Assembly: GCF_006345805.1 (NCBI RefSeq) | Contig: NC_043007.1 | Location: 24,490,001 to 24,554,000 of the forward strand | DNA from: Octopus sinensis | Taxonomy: Eukaryota | Reading direction: 5' to 3' | Length of the DNA stretch: 64,000 nt | In this document: in pieces, positions 62,458 to 64,000 of the stretch | Numbering within the stretch: the stretch's first letter is position 1 | Layout of the letters: each line of letters opens with the position of its first letter | The notes under the pieces: generated by a model | Databases searched by the model: none | The model's input: only the letters and a program-made list of their open reading frames with translations | Told to the model about the DNA's origin: nothing | Program-made: the position numbers and the translations under genes

Positions 62458-62895
62458 TGAGTGGGTGCTGAAAAGTTCCTGGTTTTAAAGGTTTCGCAAA
62501 AAGCCTGGATGAAGGCCCAACATTCTCAGTTCTTTTACATGGTTTCAAAATACTGAAGGACCACTGCAATAAGTGTATGAATCTGAGAGGGGAATCATCA
62601 TCATCATCATCATCATCGTTTAGCGTCCGCTTTCCATGCTAGCATGGGTTGGACGGTTCAACTGGGGTCTGGGAAGCCAGAAGGCTGCACCAGGCCCAGT
62701 TTGATCTGGCAATGTTTCTACGGCTGGATGCCCTTCCTAACGCCAACCATTCCGTGAGTGTAGTGGGTGATTTTTACGTACCACCGGCACAGGTGCCAGA
62801 CGAGTCTGGCAAACGGCCACGATCAGATGGTGCCTTTTATGTGCCACCAGCACGGGGGCCAGGCGAGGCTATGTTGAATAAAATCATAATTAACT
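62458..62895 (+). mobile_element. Same mariner MITE family, split by an RTE fragment
   Basis: 5' TIR TGAGTGGGTGCTGAAAAGTTCCTGG, body similar to 61578-61680, resumes at 62870. Confidence 0.6.
62594..62869 (-). mobile_element. RTE 3'-end fragment inserted into a mariner MITE
   Basis: Same (CAT)n terminus and 2 repeat units; splits GGGGAA/TATGTTGAATAAAATC of the host MITE. Confidence 0.8.
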
Positions 62896-63698
62896 GAAGA
62901 GTGTCCAGGCATTGAAACCATACCACAACAGACAATTGGAATCTGAACAGCTCTTGACAACCCATGCCAGTATAGAAAACAGACTTTAAACGATGATGAT
63001 GATGATTAATCATCATCATCAACATATAATCTCCATGTATGGGTTGGATGGCTCGACATGTTCCCATGTGTCAGATGACTACATCATGTTCCAGTGTCTG
63101 TTGTTGCATGGTTTCTGCAATTGGATATCCTTTATGGGCTCACCTCACTACCTCTCTATATCTGACACCAACCATTACACACACACCCACAAACACCTCC
63201 CCACTACCCAGTCACCACATGATCCATAACCAAATTTCTACAAATTCCATCTGCAATAAATATTTGTTGAAAACGTTTTACAGACAATCAAAAATAAGAT
63301 AGATTGGCACTGCAATCTGAACTTTGAAAATCTTTGAATTCAATGAAACACTAAGAACAATTTTAAATGCAATATTCAATCCTTTTGACAATGGTTGTTT
63401 GTAAACATGAAGTTCTGACTTCTGCCATTTTAACTCATCATGAAAACGGAAGCTTCTAGAATCACTTTATTCATATCAAATCAAATCAAATAAATACTCA
63501 GCTTCATTGCACAGTTCAGTGATTGTTCCCCCAATCTCTGCAAAAAGTTCATGCAATTAACCAAAAATTGACTTTATTTGCATATGTTATTAACTAATCA
63601 ATTTTACATACAGCTCTGTATTTTGAAAAGTTATGCAATTAACACCAGATTATGCAATTACCTAGTATGTAATTAAGTGGAATTGATTGTACTTTTAG

Positions 63699-63800
63699 AA
63701 TAGCGAATGTTTTAATCAATAGTCAGAAGACATATGAGTTTGACAACTGGGATTATTATCATGTGCAATGCTCCAGAAGCATTGCAGGTGTGGTTGCATG
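63699..63800 (+). CDS. Candidate internal coding exon of an unidentified gene
   Basis: GATTGTACTTTTAG acceptor, 102 nt open symmetric-phase exon (IANVLINSQKTYEFDNWDYYHVQCSRSIAGVVAW), ATG|GTAAGT donor; non-repetitive sequence. Confidence 0.5.
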
Positions 63801-63968
63801 GTAAGTATTCATCACAGCTGTATAATGAATGGCAATATGAAACTTTGAGTAAGAGTTCTGTGATAATTTTGCAGCTTTAATAAGAAGTATATTACTCTAC
63901 CTTTGGTATTTGAGTACAATTTTTTTTTCCACCTTGTTTTGTACTTAGGTTCTCACCTCTGTGTGGAA

Positions 63969-64000
<32 letters not shown>

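Overview
AT-rich, microsatellite- and retroposon-saturated animal genomic DNA; repeat families and style point to an octopus/coleoid cephalopod (inference). One host gene is recognisable: the first coding exon of a Ca2+/calmodulin-dependent protein kinase I (CaMKI) on the - strand (ATG 32725, MPLFSRKHEADKKHNRDTDIKKRYEFKETLGT, GTAAGT donor at 32630). I found no next exon, so bases 1-32630 are probably one intron of more than 32 kb. A clean unidentified + strand exon candidate lies at 63699-63800. The rest is transposon-derived: dozens of tRNA-headed SINEs (four families, labelled A-D here), a 3.1 kb 5'-truncated RTE-clade LINE with a PHD finger inside ORF2 and a dimeric ~62-bp minisatellite in its 3' UTR, other RTE pieces, R4/Dong-like (restriction-like endonuclease) pieces, a Penelope-like RT remnant, a Gypsy-like integrase relic, and mariner, piggyBac and Helentron-type non-autonomous elements. 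The least routine signals are: (i) short modules inserted in (TA)n tracts that carry minimal hammerhead-ribozyme motifs with covarying stems and/or long zero/one-nt-loop palindromes (Penelope-like termini); (ii) a 28-bp tandem array with 8 exact TTCN3GAA (STAT-type) sites; (iii) closely spaced inverted SINE pairs inside the CaMKI intron, which are candidate ADAR substrates. Almost all ORFs in the supplied track are microsatellite or SINE artefacts. Protein-family calls are by eye from recalled motifs; no database search was run. SINE and fragment boundaries are approximate unless a target-site duplication (TSD) is given.
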